A DNA stretch of 64,000 bases from Octopus sinensis (Eukaryota), in the NCBI RefSeq assembly GCF_006345805.1, contig NC_042998.1, positions 138,446,001 to 138,510,000 on the forward strand. The letters run 5' to 3'. The position numbers and the translations under genes are program-made. Positions within the stretch are counted from its first letter, which is position 1. Each line of letters opens with the position of its first letter. Shown here piece by piece: positions 28,266 to 42,155 of the stretch. Below the pieces are notes generated by a model. That model was not told where the DNA came from, searched no databases, and was given only the letters and a program-made list of their open reading frames with translations.

Positions 28266-28934
28266 GTGATGCATGCAAATATGTATGAGTGAGCGTGTTT
28301 GCTGTTTTATTTGGTTCTGAGTCTATAAAAGTGTTTCTAAACACGTGTGTGTGTGTATTTGTGTGTGTGTGTGCGTATTCTTTTACTTGTTTCAGTCATT
28401 TTGACTGCGGCCATGCTGGTGCACCACCGTTCAATAACATTCTGTCTATAAACGCTCTGTATTTTTATGTGTGCGTAAGTTTTCTTGTCTCTCTGAATAT
28501 AACTCTTCTACAAAGGTATATTTATATATGTATGCGTGTATGTATTTGTATCTGTGTCTTATTTGCTCCTGTACCTATATAATTCAATATGTACATATGT
28601 GTGTGTGTATATGCTTTTTTGTGTGTGTATGTATATATTTACATGGTTTATATTTGTCCATATGTGCTTATATCTTTTACTTGTATCTTTGTGTGTGTTG
28701 TGTTTGTGTGTGTGTGTGTGTGTGTGTTCGTATACGTCTATTTAGTCTTATATCTATATGATTCTACCTACGTCTATATGTGTGTATATGTTTTCTGCTT
28801 TGTGCGTGCGTTCTCTTTCTTTCCTCAGACTGACGGTTCTATCTTTATATGTATATCTATTTGAGTTTATGTGTTTGTATGTGTGTATGTGTATGTGTGC
28901 TACTGTGTACTTGTGGGTGTGTGTACGTGTGTGT

Positions 28935-28981
<47 letters not shown>

Positions 28982-29511
28982 TCTGTATGTGTGTTAGCTT
29001 TGTGTATATACGTATGACACCTTTACAAAACACCTTCCCGTCAACTATTCAACTATGGCGGGAGTTAATATTTATTTATCTTTCAGCTGGGTGATGTTGG
29101 ACAGGGCGTTTCCCAATGATGTGATTGGCACAATTTCTATGATACTGTATTTAGCTACAAACAGTTGTGTATGTGTGCGCGTTGTCGGTGTGCATATGAA
29201 TATATTTGTGTACAGAAGCACAATTGGATACACACGTATTACAAATACACGCATGCGCACACACAAAGTACTCAAGAGTGGAATAATTATATTTATTTAT
29301 TTATTCAGAGTAATTTCTGCAGCTCAGGCGGAGTTTCTTATTCTTGGTCTTCAGAGATGTCCGCCAAAGATAAACTCCGAGTAGCGACTCACGAGACGGA
29401 ATTGTGAAGAAATTACACAGACGCACACCACACACACACATACACACCAACAAACAAACAGACACACACACTCACAAACGCACATACACACAAACACACA
29501 CACGCACACAA

Positions 29512-29543
<32 letters not shown>

Positions 29544-29640
29544 AAACACATATATATATATATACATAGAGAGAGAGAAAGAGTGAGAGAGACAGAGACA
29601 GACAGACAGATAGAGAGTTAGAGAGGTTATACATACTTTT

Positions 29641-30044
29641 ATTCTTTTATTTGTTTCTCCTTTGACTGCGACCATGCTGGAGCACCGTCTTTTTTAGTCA
29701 AACAAATGGACCCCAGGACTTATACTTTGTAAGTCTAGTACTTATTCTATCGGTGCCTTTTGCCGGACTGCTAGTTTACAAAGACGTAAACACACAGCAT
29801 CGCTTGTCAAGTAATAGGGGGGTGGACAAACACACACACACACACACCACACATATATATATTATATTATATATATATATATAATATATATATATATTAT
29901 ATATATATATACACGACGGGCGTCTTTCAGTTTCTGTCTACCAAATCCACTCACAAGGCCATGGTCGGCCCGAGGCTATAGTAGACGCTTGCCCAAGGTG
30001 CCACGCAGCGGGACTGAACCCGGGACCATGTGGTTGGAAAGCAA
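29641..30044 (-). mobile_element. SINE family A copy
   Basis: Reverse complement of tail (gactgcgaccatgctggagcacc) through head (gggactgaacccgggaccatgtggttgg). Confidence 0.85.
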
Positions 30045-30048
30045 ACAT

Positions 30049-30106
<58 letters not shown>

Positions 30107-30111
30107 AATCT

Positions 30112-30155
<44 letters not shown>

Positions 30156-32337
30156 AATACGTACATACATGAAAACATACATATGTATGTATGTGGATGG
30201 GTGGATATGTATATAAGCTTATGCACACACGCACAAACATGTATGTGTGTGCGTGTGCATGTGTGCATGTGTGCATGTGTGCATGTGTGCATGTGTGTGT
30301 GTTGTGTTTGAATTCTATTTGTATTATGAAAAATACGCGTTTATGTTACTACTTCAATCTTATTGACTCAGATTGTACCCCTACCTTTATTAAGGCGTGT
30401 CACTTTTGTCCCGTTTCTAATCGATCTTCTGAATCATTTTCCTCAAGACTTAATCATAAATAGAAGATTCCCAAATTCTAACATTTGTCCACATGACTAG
30501 TGAACCGTGCAAACAACAAAATGTGTTTGATTATTTTAGACTGCCTCCATGAGTGTCATGGCCCACTCGTTTAAACTGGTTTATTAATAAACTTTTGGTT
30601 CAATAATAAACTTTTGGTTTCACTCAGCTTGCATCGAGCATGAGTTGGCTTTTATTGTTTTATCGTCCTATTCCGCCAAGAACGAGTTGCCTTTCATCCT
30701 TTTGGGTCGATAAAAAAAGTTCCAGTTGAGTACTGGGGTCGATGTAATCGACAAGACTTCCTCCCTTAAAATTTCAGGCTTTGTACCTCCAGTAAAAAGG
30801 ATTATTTTATCGTCTTATGAGGCATCACAGAGGTTTACCTGTTCTCTCTACAATGAACCCTCTATTACTCTGCACAACCAGACCGAAAGGACCGCTGCCT
30901 AAACTGGTCATTAGTACAATATAATTTCCACAAGTAAAAGTCTGACAAAAACAAGGTGGCTTTAGATGTATACGTGAATTGCTCGATGCCAAAGGTAGCT
31001 GAGGCAAGTGAAGGAGTAGACGACTGTGAAATGAAGACGGTCTTATTTATAACGCTTTAAATCTTAGCATGTAATTACATCTTCAACTTGTTATCGGTGA
31101 GAGGAAACTCTGTAGTCCCAGATGTGAAACAATATTTTCAAGCATATACCAGGACACATTATTTCTAAAAAACTTATTTGTTAACCTTACTATGTTGTTT
31201 CTTGACTTGTAGGTTTCTTTTAAAGAAACTACCTCTGAATCGAAATCGGAAGTTCACTAGATTCCCGAAATTGTCCAGTGCAATAAAAATCCAATGTGGA
31301 AAAGTCAAGAATGCAACCTTGCTTAATGCCAATTAAAATAGGACTGTGTAGACTTCTAACCACCATAGTTGATAGTGGCTAGCTCGTTATTTGCATGGTG
31401 GTGCTTTAATAAGTAAAAGACTCAATCCGCCAAACAATAGATACTTACTGCAGGGCGCTGTAATTCAAAGCTGTGTGTAACAATGTTGACTTATATTCTA
31501 CCAGAGAAAAAAAAATGCATGTGATAGAATGGTCTCCTACCCAGAGTGAGTTTCGTCGCTCATCACTGCTTAACAGTGTGGAAACAAGAAATGAGCACCA
31601 AACAAATGAACCGTGGAAGTCTACGAATTGGAAATAATAAATATAAACCTTTGTTTGATGTTTCAGTCATTAATATATAATATAACGGTCTATATAATTA
31701 CATCTAAAAATATCATGTTTATTTAACACTGGCAATACACGATAACGTCAATACAGAAACATAAGTTTATTTTATTATAGCATTCATGGCGATCTCGTGA
31801 TAATGAAGACGCGTGGCCTAGTTGTTATGGTGTTGGTTTCATGATCATATGGTCGAGGTTTCAATTGGCATGTGTTTTTAAGCAAAACATTTGTTTTTAC
31901 GTAATTCCAGTTTACTCAGCTGAAATTTAGTACTAGCAACAGCGAGAGAGTTAACCTGGCGGTGAATTGCTGCCCATTCAGTGGAGGAATTATTGTACTC
32001 TCAGTCGCTTACACGCCTTGGACAGTGTGATAAGCTCCGGCCTAATGAGCCTGTGGTTTCATCACAGACCTAAGATTAATACTTTATTATAGAGAAAATA
32101 CGAAAGTATTACTAGCTATTTATCTAGTACATCAGAGGGAAAAAAAGTTTACTTTACGTTATCAACACTATAACGGCAATTCTAAAAATCATACCAAGCT
32201 TAGTATAATATCAGACCGGTACACCACCACTGTTCCTTGGAACGTCTGGTACTCTTTCAGACACAGGCCACAAGTTATAATCCCTGGAATGTAATTATTA
32301 TAAATTAGCGACCAACATACACTGTATCCCAGATAAC

Positions 32338-32622
32338 TGGCACTCTGTCGGTTACGACGACGAAGGTTCCAGTTGATCCGATCAACGGAACAGCTTGCTC
32401 GTGAAATTAACGTGTAAGTAGTTGAGCACTCCGCAGACACGCGTAATCCTCAGGGAGATTCAGCATGGCCCTTTGAAATACAGGTACTACTCATTTTTAC
32501 CAGTTGAGTGGACTGGAGCAACGTGAAATAAAGTGTCTTGCTCAAGGACACAATGCGTTGCCGGGAATTGAACTCACGATCTCACGATCGTGAGCCGAAT
32601 ACGCTAACCACTAAACCAAGGC
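32338..32622 (-). mobile_element. SINE family C
   Basis: Reverse-complement homology to 41077-41394. Confidence 0.85.
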
Positions 32623-33079
32623 ATTCAGTGAATATCCATCATGTATGTTTGAGAATTTAAATAGTGAAATTGATTAGGAACAAGCTGATTACGATACAAC
32701 ACTGACGTGTCCCAGTATTGCATCTGTGATTGGGTATATAGAACGGTTCAGTCGCTAAATTTGAACCTATGATGACAGATTTATGTCCTCAGGCGAAGTG
32801 GTTTGTCTCTCGTTTCCTTTTAACGCCACGGAAGTCAGAGATAACGATGTACTGCGTAACTTCGGGTTCAGTTTTTCTCGGTGTGTCCTTCCAGCTTTCA
32901 CTGTCAAGCATATTCTGTGATTTAGAACTGAAAACATGTTGTAGGACAAATCTTAAAGATATTAAGGGTTCTTTAATAGTTGTTATTTGTGTAGTGACTT
33001 CATGTTCCCCTTACAGGTGCCGCCGCCATTGTTGTTTTTGTTGTCTTTTGTTAATGTGGTTGTTCCTGTTGATTGTTTG

Positions 33080-33510
33080 TATGCTATTATTGCCAGCTGG
33101 CAGAATCAATTAGTATGTCAGACAAAATGCTTTGCGCATTTCGTCCGTCTTTACATTCTTAGTTCAAATTCCGCCGAGACCGACTTTGCCTTTCATTTTT
33201 TCCCCCACGGTATTGATAAATTAAGTACCAGTTGAAAACTGGAGTCGATGTAATTAACTAACCCTCTCCTACAAAATTACAGACTTTGTGCTGATAGTAA
33301 AAAGAATTATTGCGAGCTGGTTGAATCGTTTGCGCGTCGGACATAATGTTTAGCGGCATTTCTTCTGGCTCTCTACGTTCTGAGTTCAAATCCCGCTGAG
33401 ATCTACTTTGCTTTTTATCGTTTTCAGGGTCGATAAAATAAGTACTAGTTGAACATAAAAGTCGACATAATTAACTTACCCCCAACCCTAAATCTGATTG
33501 TCTTGGGCCA
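33080..33510 (+). mobile_element. Two tandem diverged SINE family B copies
   Basis: Repeated gctggcagaatc / gagttcaaat / gtcgataaa motifs at ~33095 and ~33315. Confidence 0.75.
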
Positions 33511-33529
33511 AAAGTAGGAAAAAATTATT

Positions 33530-33762
33530 ACTATTATTATTATTGTTTGTTATAAATATTTAGTTGTTGCTGTTGTTGTTGTTGCCGTTGTAACAGCTGC
33601 CGGTGTTGCTGCTGTTGTTGTGATCATCACCAGCGTCGTCTGCTTTGTTATTGTTGTTTCACTTCTCATTGCTGTTGTTGGCGATAGTGACGATGATAAT
33701 GATGATGACGTTGATGATGATGGTGATGATGATGATGATGATGATGATGACGACGACGACGA

Positions 33763-33796
<34 letters not shown>

Positions 33797-34332
33797 GGTG
33801 GTGGTGGTGGTGGTGGTGGTGACGGCGGTGGTGCTGCAGATGTTGGTGCTGGTGGTGGCAGTGGTGCTGGTGCTGGCAGTGGGGGATGGGACAGTGGCGG
33901 TGGTGCTGGCAGTGATGGTGTTGATGATGGTTACGATCGTTGCTGTCGTCGTAGTCATCGTCGTTGTTGTCGTAATTGTTGTTGTTGTTGTAGTTGTTAT
34001 TGTCAGTGTTGTTGAAAGCACTGCATAGCAATAATAACTGCAGTGCAGCACCTGCCAATTTCCGGTGCAATAACTTCACGGCTCTGCGTTCCGGACGTGC
34101 CAGGTCCGCCTTTCCGTATTGTCTACGTGAACACGCAGCTTCTGCATTGCTTTGCAAACCGGATAGGATCGGGCACACATTAAACGTAACAAAGAAGAAA
34201 CAGTAACAAATGAGGTATGATGGCGACTGTGAAGATGGAGGGACGGGGCGGCAGGAATAGCAGGAGTGAGAAAAAAGGGGAGAAGGGAGAGAAGAGGAAG
34301 AGGAGGAGTGAGAAGACAATGTCGACAATGAC

Positions 34333-34372
<40 letters not shown>

Positions 34373-34870
34373 GTGATGGTGATGATGGTGATGGTAATGA
34401 TGATGGTGGTGGTGGTGGTGATGACGGCGGTGATTATGGTGGTGATTGTGGTAATGGTATTGGTGATGATGGTCTGTGTTGATGATGGTGAGGATGGTGA
34501 TGAACAGCAGGTTGATCAATAATAATAATAATAATAATAATAATAGTGGTTATTATTCTTTTCTTTTCATCCTCTTCATCATCGCTGTCGTCGTCATCAT
34601 CATCATCATCATCATCATCATTATTTACAACAATAACAACAACGATAAGTAACCCTCATACCATGAACAACAGAGACATTAATGTTTTTTATTATCAATA
34701 ACACTACCACCTGCATCAACAACAGCAACATCATCTTCACCAGTTATCACCACTAACACCATCACTAGTACTATCATTCTTATCTCCACCGCCGTCAACA
34801 CCGTTATCATCACCGCCATTATTCCCATCACCACCGCCACCACTAACAACAACAGCAACAACAACAACAA
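33530..34870. repeat. Mosaic trinucleotide tracts (GAT/GGT/GTT/CAT/CAA) around a unique island
   Basis: Direct inspection. Confidence 0.9.
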
Positions 34871-34896
34871 TGATATATTTTATAATAACCATAATA

Positions 34897-35262
34897 ATTA
34901 CCTCCACCTTCGCTAAGGCGGAGGTATTGTTTCAGTCGTGTTTGTTTGTTTATCTGTGGACAAGATATCTCAAGAACCGCCGGGTGGATTCGGATAAAAC
35001 CTTCAGGGATGTTTGGCCTCGTGACTGGCACGAACTGATTAGATTTTGGAATCGATCCAGTACCGGACAAGCATTCTGGATTATTTTTCTTGATTTTTTA
35101 CTTAATTTTTGAGAGCGGTTGGGTTTATTTTTAGTATTCTCGTTTGTAAGAGCAGTCAAGTTTATTACAAATATTCTCATTTTAAAAATCATCTCCGCTT
35201 AATCGTTGAGCGGATGTTGGTGTTGCCTTGGCGGAATTTTGCGCTCTCTGAGTGCTCTTGTT
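34897..35262 (+). mobile_element. Non-autonomous Helentron/DINE-type element (HINE-like)
   Basis: 5' attacctccaccttcgctaaggcggagg palindrome followed by a gtttgtttgttt microsatellite; 3' ccttggcgga subterminal inverted repeat plus gcgctctctgagtgctc hairpin. Confidence 0.6.
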
Positions 35263-35274
35263 TGTATTGAAATG

Positions 35275-35700
35275 GCGATGGATTGGCAAGGTCGTTATAG
35301 GTGTTCGAGAAAATTCTATGCTCTATTGCTTCCGACTTTTTTTGTACTGATTTTAAATCACGCCGAGGTCAACTTTGCCTTTCAACCTTCCGTAATCGAT
35401 AAAATAAAGTATCAGTCAAGTACCAGAGTTGATTTAATTGGCTGTCCACTTCCTCCGCACGAAATTTTTATCCTTCCTCTAATATTAGTTTCACATTTTG
35501 GCACAAGGCCAGCAGTTTCGGGGGAGGAAGTATGTTGATTACATCGACCCCAATGTTTAACTGGTACTTATTTTATCGACCTCGAAAGGATGAAAGGCAA
35601 AGTCAAACTCGGTAAAATTTGAACTCAGAACGTAGCGACGAACAAAATGCCGCAAAGCATTTTGCCCGGCGTGCTAACAATTCTGCCAGCTCACCGCCTT
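35275..35700. mobile_element. Tail-to-tail pair of SINE family B copies (plus ~35275-35490; minus ~35490-35700)
   Basis: gccgaggtcaactttgcctttc on the plus strand and gaaaggcaaagtcaaactcgg on the minus strand within 250 bp. Confidence 0.75.
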
Positions 35701-35949
35701 CACCCTGATTCCTATATTAGAAACCACAATTACTATCTCTAACTTTAATATGAAGTGTAAAGATTTCATGAAAGTTAACATGAGAAGTTGTGATGTATAA
35801 TACCTTGTCGAAGAGCAATAGCGATTGCAAGAAGTGAAATGGTGCTAAGTGAAAATCAAAGCTTAATTCTTTCCAATTTTTGCACAAGAGACCAGCAGTT
35901 GTAAAGGGAGGGGTCAAGTCGATTATATCGACTACAGTACTTGACTGAT

Positions 35950-36571
35950 ATCGCATAGTCGTCGACCTGTTCTCCGGTCCACCTCACGCTTCCGAGCTTA
36001 CTATACGCCTTAAAGGCTCCCTCCGTATAAGCAACTTTTAGCCGTTCCTCGAACTTTGCGATTTTTTGCTGATCGTCCTCCGACATCTCTAAATACAGGA
36101 TCGGCGCACTACGATGGGAGGCTGGCTACGTCCTGTATCCCCTGTAATTTTGCTACCAGCTTCACCTTCTTTATCCAGGCCACCACGTCGCTTTGGCCAG
36201 AGAATGGTCTCTACATGTCGTTGCCGAGTCTAATTTTCGATGCCATATTTTACCGTGGACAGATTTTTTTTTCCTTTGAGCGCTACGCAATGAGCCGAAA
36301 TAGCTTGTGGTATGAAGAGGAAATTAGGAAAAAGAAGAATTGAGGCTTTCTCATTTGTCGATCTAGAGGATACGTTATCTCACTACCCTCGTGGACGTTC
36401 TCCTCTTCGTCGTGCACACACGTCTTGTCTTCACGCTGTCCGGTTGCCTTCTGGCTTCTTCCTGTCACCGCTGCGCATGCTCTCTTCAGCACTTCTGTCC
36501 TCAGGGACTCCCGACAGGGCCTACCCACTCTCCCACTTCTGTCTTCTCCACAGCTTCAGTTCAATACCACA
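35950..36571 (-). mobile_element. Gypsy-like LTR retrotransposon relic: one 266-bp LTR (36306-36571) plus gag N-terminus
   Basis: LTR bounded by the 8-bp inverted termini TGTGGTAT..ATACCACA. Then PFSGQSDVVAWIKKVKLVAKLQGIQDVAS..LYLEMSEDDQQKI..EERLKVAYTEGAFKAY..RWTGEQVD. Confidence 0.7.
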
Positions 36572-37069
36572 GATCTCGAAAGGATGAAAGGCAAAGTCGG
36601 GTGATCTCGGTGGGATTTGAACACTAAAAGTAAAGAACCAGGACAAATGCTACTAAGCTTCATAATAATAACAAACATTTTTAACAGAGGCACGGCGTCA
36701 TACATCTGAAGGGAGATGAGCAGTCGAACAGGAAAGGACGAAGGACAAAAATGGTCTGACTGGGATTTGAACCCAGAACGTAAAGAGACTGGAAAAGAAA
36801 TGCAAAGCATTTTTGCCGACACTGTAGCGCTGCATCTAAACCACTGCCCGTGTAGTTAGTTTTGATACAGACGCAAGGCAGCAGTTTTGAAGGAAAAGGA
36901 TTAGTCAAATACATCGACCTTAGTACTTGACAAAATTGGCTGCGATAGGACTTGAACTCAGAACGTAAAGAGACGGAACCAATAATATTGCAAAACGCTT
37001 TTTTTCTTTTCCTGACGCTCTAATGATTCTGCCAATCGACCGATGTACAATGAAAATCTATAATAAACA

Positions 37070-37103
<34 letters not shown>

Positions 37104-37163
37104 CAACTACGACGACGACGACAATGACGAGAGAGTGGATGATGAGGAGAGGAGGAAGAAGGA

Positions 37164-37210
<47 letters not shown>

Positions 37211-37422
37211 CGACGACGATGATAATGATGATGATGAAAGCAACAGCAGCAGCATTAACTACTGACAACCGAACAATTAACGCCACCACTACCTACACTA
37301 TCAACAACAACGATATCAACGACAACGAGAATAACCACCACCACCACCACTACTTACTGCTTACTAACTAATACTAACAACTACTACTGCCACTACTACT
37401 ACTACTACTACTACAACTACTG

Positions 37423-37470
<48 letters not shown>
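37070..37470. repeat. (GAT)n/(CTA)n trinucleotide tracts
   Basis: Direct inspection. Confidence 0.9.
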
Positions 37471-37471
<1 letters not shown>

Positions 37472-37687
37472 AAGAGTTATTGATGGTGGAAAAGATATAT
37501 TTTGCCAGTTAAATAAAAGCGGGTTGTGTGGGGGGGAAGCAAATACCATGGTAACGAAATTAGTGTTTCATTGAGAGACATCACGATCGCCAGAAATATT
37601 GTGATGTCTATGTTTTCTACTCTATCCGTTTTAATTTGGTTAAGTGTATCTTGGTGCTTATGAATATGCAAATGTACAGCGTGCGTA

Positions 37688-37719
<32 letters not shown>

Positions 37720-38342
37720 GAGGAGGAAAGGGCCTGCGTGTGTTTATTGCACATTTGCATATATTTAATGAATTTATTCTGGTCTTTCGCAGATTCATCA
37801 ATATCTACACTTTTGACAGAGGTGCGTGCGTGTCTGAATGTGTGTGTGTGTGTGTGTGTTTATATATGTGTGTGTATATACGTGCGTGTGTGTCTATATG
37901 CAGGTGTGTCTGTCTATGTGCGTGCGCGTGTGTGTGTCTATATGTGTATGTCACGCTGTGTGCTTATCTGCTTTAGATATCAGTATTTTAATAAATACAG
38001 ACACACACACACTACAAGATATGATTACTTCTATATTACATAAATAAATACATACACACATACACACACATACATATATATATAGACACACACACACATG
38101 CATACATACATACATATATATATAGACACATATATAAATACATGCATACACATATGCATATATGTGTGCGCGTGAGTGCGTATGAGAGAAAAGCTGGTAA
38201 GTGTGTGTATATCTATGCATATAAGTGTGTTTTTGCTAAAATATTTACCTGCACGTATATTCCAATGCACAGGAGACGTAAATAGACACAAATACACATA
38301 TACACACACACTATACACTCACAAATATCTATCTTCCTAACT

Positions 38343-38381
<39 letters not shown>

Positions 38382-38457
38382 CATACATATACATACATAC
38401 ATATATACATATATATACATACATGCATATATATATATATATATATATATATACACG

Positions 38458-38489
<32 letters not shown>

Positions 38490-38789
38490 CGAGATGTCAA
38501 GTTTTATACTTATTGGAATTTTTAAACTTCCCTAACATTTACTCTAAGTTTCACGTTTCCGATCTATGAGCGGTAGTGAAGAATAGCTAATATAACTTTT
38601 CTTAGAAAAAGAAAAAAAAAAGAAAAGCCGTTAAAGGAAAAATACAGAAGAAAGTGATAAAAAACAAAGATGAAAAATATTTGAAAATTTTTTGCAGAAG
38701 ATTACTTCTTAGACTGCGGCCATGCTGGGGTACCACATTGAAGAATTTTAGTCGAAGGAAGTGACCCCAGTATTTATCTTTTTTTTTTT

Positions 38790-39130
38790 TTTATGCTGAG
38801 CTTTGATTGGATACTGAAAGGTATTGTTATCTTAGTATGTATTGCACACGTTGATGAAAATATTAAATGCCAGTGGGCGTTGTAAATGTGTAAGCTGTTC
38901 TTGCTTTGTAATGAGTGGACTTGAGAACAAAAGGTGAAACATGTTCCAGTAACTAAGTTTGACTGGAAATAGCTTACCGGGAAGTCTTCTGAGTTTGAGG
39001 TTATATGATGAAGTCTGCCGGTGCTATTATATATTAAAGAAAGATATCAGCGTCAATTGAAGTCAAATAAATTTGGTTAACGTATTATAAAGTCTATTAT
39101 ATGGAGAATGTCGCAAAAAAATACTTCATG
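38790..39130 (-). mobile_element. Possible very old CR1-type LINE C-terminal fragment
   Basis: Only faint motifs (RHSPYNRL.., PLAFNI..TFQ), with stops. Confidence 0.3.
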
Positions 39131-39997
39131 AACAATATTTTATCGTATAAATAGTTGTATGATTTTCTGATTATATGATAATGACAATCGATATTATATA
39201 CTTGCAGGACAGTATTAGAACGGAGGGGAGGCGGGAACCATGGAAAATATGTTGATCTTAGAAGGCTTTACGCTCTCAACTAGTGGATTAAAAGATAACA
39301 CTTTCCGTAATAGTTTTACAGCATTTTCTATTCTCGTTTCACATATCTGTGAGCATGCATAAACATGTATATGCATAGACACAGTGTATGCACATACATG
39401 TGTGTGTCCATAGAGGTGTGCATTGCTTAAATTTGCACGTCTATATAAATACGCATCTCTTGAACAAACTTACCTTTCATATATACACACAGGTACATTT
39501 AGGAAATATTACCATGCACAAAACATACACACAAATACACACACTTAGAAACACTCACACATACGCATACACACGTACGCACACATTTATTCACACACAT
39601 AGCGTTACGTGGAATGAATTTGAATGCTCATGTAGATATGCACCCATTTGCTTGTTTGTGTAGACTACTCATAGATTAGCCGTTCATTCATCCATCACAC
39701 GCATACACTTATGATATCTTTCCCACATTCTCACACATATATACACAGATTTGGGTCAAACAGACTCGAATGTTCCCATGTATATTCTGACAGTGCACTT
39801 AAAATATCTGATGTAAATGTTGGTTGGTTTGTTGGATGGTTGATACCTGCAGAGAAAGAGTAAAAGATATACAGAGACAGTTAATATAGAAAGTGCTGGA
39901 TGAGTGTATATGTGTATGTGTGTGTGTATACACACCCATGTATATATAACCATAAGTATACACAGATACAAACACACGCGCGCGCGCGCATATATGT

Positions 39998-40042
<45 letters not shown>

Positions 40043-40180
40043 ATATATATATACCGACAACAACATTCTGACCAATTATGTGTCATAAATAGAGATATGC
40101 TGCTTCATGATATAAAAATATACCAGCTCTATTATTTATGCTGAGCGTGCATTTTTCTGGACTTATGGACAACTAACTGA

Positions 40181-40235
<55 letters not shown>

Positions 40236-41076
40236 GTGTGTGTGTGTGTGTGAACCAAAAAAAGAGGAGAATGAAATTGCCATGTTGAGTGGAGTATCTA
40301 ACGTTTTGGACAGTGTACTTCTTCAGAGGTAAAGATGACAGGAGGGGAATAAAAGAAAGATAGCAGATACAACCTCTATATTTGAGAAACTGGCTGCAAC
40401 TGATGAGGAACATAAGACAACGTCAGTTTTGTACGTAGACAGAAAGTAGGAGAGAGGCTGAGAAAGAGAGGGAGGTAGGAGGAATAAGAAAATACACCCA
40501 TGACAATATTTTGTGCAAGTGCAGGTAAGTTTCCCAGAAAAACAAAATCTCGTAACTATTCTACAGATCTTCAATAATTGAAGTAATGGAGAATCAGGAT
40601 TCCTCTTCAGAAAATGCAACCAAATGGGTAAGTAATTTTGTATGTCATACAGAATTTGTCAATTTAAATTCATTTAAAATTTATATATTCTTCGTAGTTC
40701 CCAATACGTTTATGTGTGTGTGTGTGTGTACATGCGCATGTGCAAGGCTTTTCTTTTAGAAACATATTGAATACAAAGCTGTATTCTAGTTTTCTTTTCT
40801 TAATTAGGGTTTATTGCCTAAAGTGGTAGCAACGCACTGCCACACTACTTCATCCTAAATATGAGACTACGAAGGTTGAGAAACATCGTGGGTTTAGCGA
40901 GTTTACTGTTCTGAGCAAGATAAAAAACACTCAAGTGAAAAAATGGAAAAGAAATTTTATGGAAAGAGATAAAACTAGAAAACTGTCTTGTATTCATACT
41001 TGTGTAGTGCATATGAATATATATATGCGTGTATGGATGTGTGTGTTTCTGCACGCGCGCGTGCGTGGATGTGAAA

Positions 41077-41394
41077 GCATATGCTTTACTGGTTAAGGTA
41101 TTTAGTTCATGATCGTAAGGTTGTGATTTCGATTCCGGACGGCGCGTCGTGTCCTTGAGTAAGATGCTTTATTTCACGTTCTTCCAGTCCACTCAGCTGG
41201 CGAAAATGAGTTGTACCTGTATTTCAAAAGCCCAGCTTTATCACATTCAGTGTCATGCTGAATCTCCCTGAACACCACGTTAAGGGCACGCGTTTCTCTG
41301 GAGCGCTCCATTACTTGCACGTTAATTTCACGAGCAGACTGTTCTACTGTTCGGATCGACTGGGACCCTCGTCGTTGTAAACAACTGAGTGTCA
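41077..41394 (+). mobile_element. tRNA-derived SINE family C
   Basis: tRNA-like head, gtgtccttgagtaag..cttt core, and tail cacgttaatttcacgagcag..ccctcgtcgttgtaa. Homologous to 32338-32622 and 57524-57838. Confidence 0.85.
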
Positions 41395-41498
41395 ATTATA
41401 CACGCGCGTGTACGCGCGTATATATAATTGACACCGATGAGTAATTGGGGACCATCTGTGTCTATTTACCGTTTGTTTGTGCATTTATTATGTTTTTA

Positions 41499-41534
<36 letters not shown>

Positions 41535-41711
41535 TATAATTAGGGCTCAGCTAACTGCTTCACTCTAATTATAATTATGTGGATAATTTTACATATAAAG
41601 GTTATTTTAACGTACCGATCTACTTGCTAAAATTGTTAATTAATTGATTAATTAACTTGATTAATAAATTTTACCATTCTATTATTAATTTTAAATTATA
41701 TAATATATATA

Positions 41712-42042
41712 TAAATACACACACATACATACATACATACATACGTACATACATACATGCATACATGCATACATACATGCATGCATACATGCATACATGC
41801 ACGCATGCATATATGCATACATACACACATACATACATACATACATACATACATACATACATACATACGTACATACATACGTACATACATACATACATAC
41901 ATGCATGCATACATACATGCATACATGCATACTTACACGCATACATACATAAATGTATACATACATACACGCATACATACATACATACATACATACACAC
42001 ATACATAAATACATACATGCATACATGCATATATACATACAT

Positions 42043-42073
<31 letters not shown>

Positions 42074-42155
42074 TACATACACACACACACACATACATGC
42101 ATACATACATACATACATACATACATACTTACATACATACATACATACATACATA
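41712..42155. repeat. (CATA)n microsatellite
   Basis: Direct inspection. Confidence 0.95.

Noticed and set aside
31213-31336. Acceptor-led 40-codon segment (FLLKKLPLNRNRKF...) phase-compatible with the 4508 exon
   Set aside because: There is no independent support, and such frames arise by chance in AT-rich DNA.
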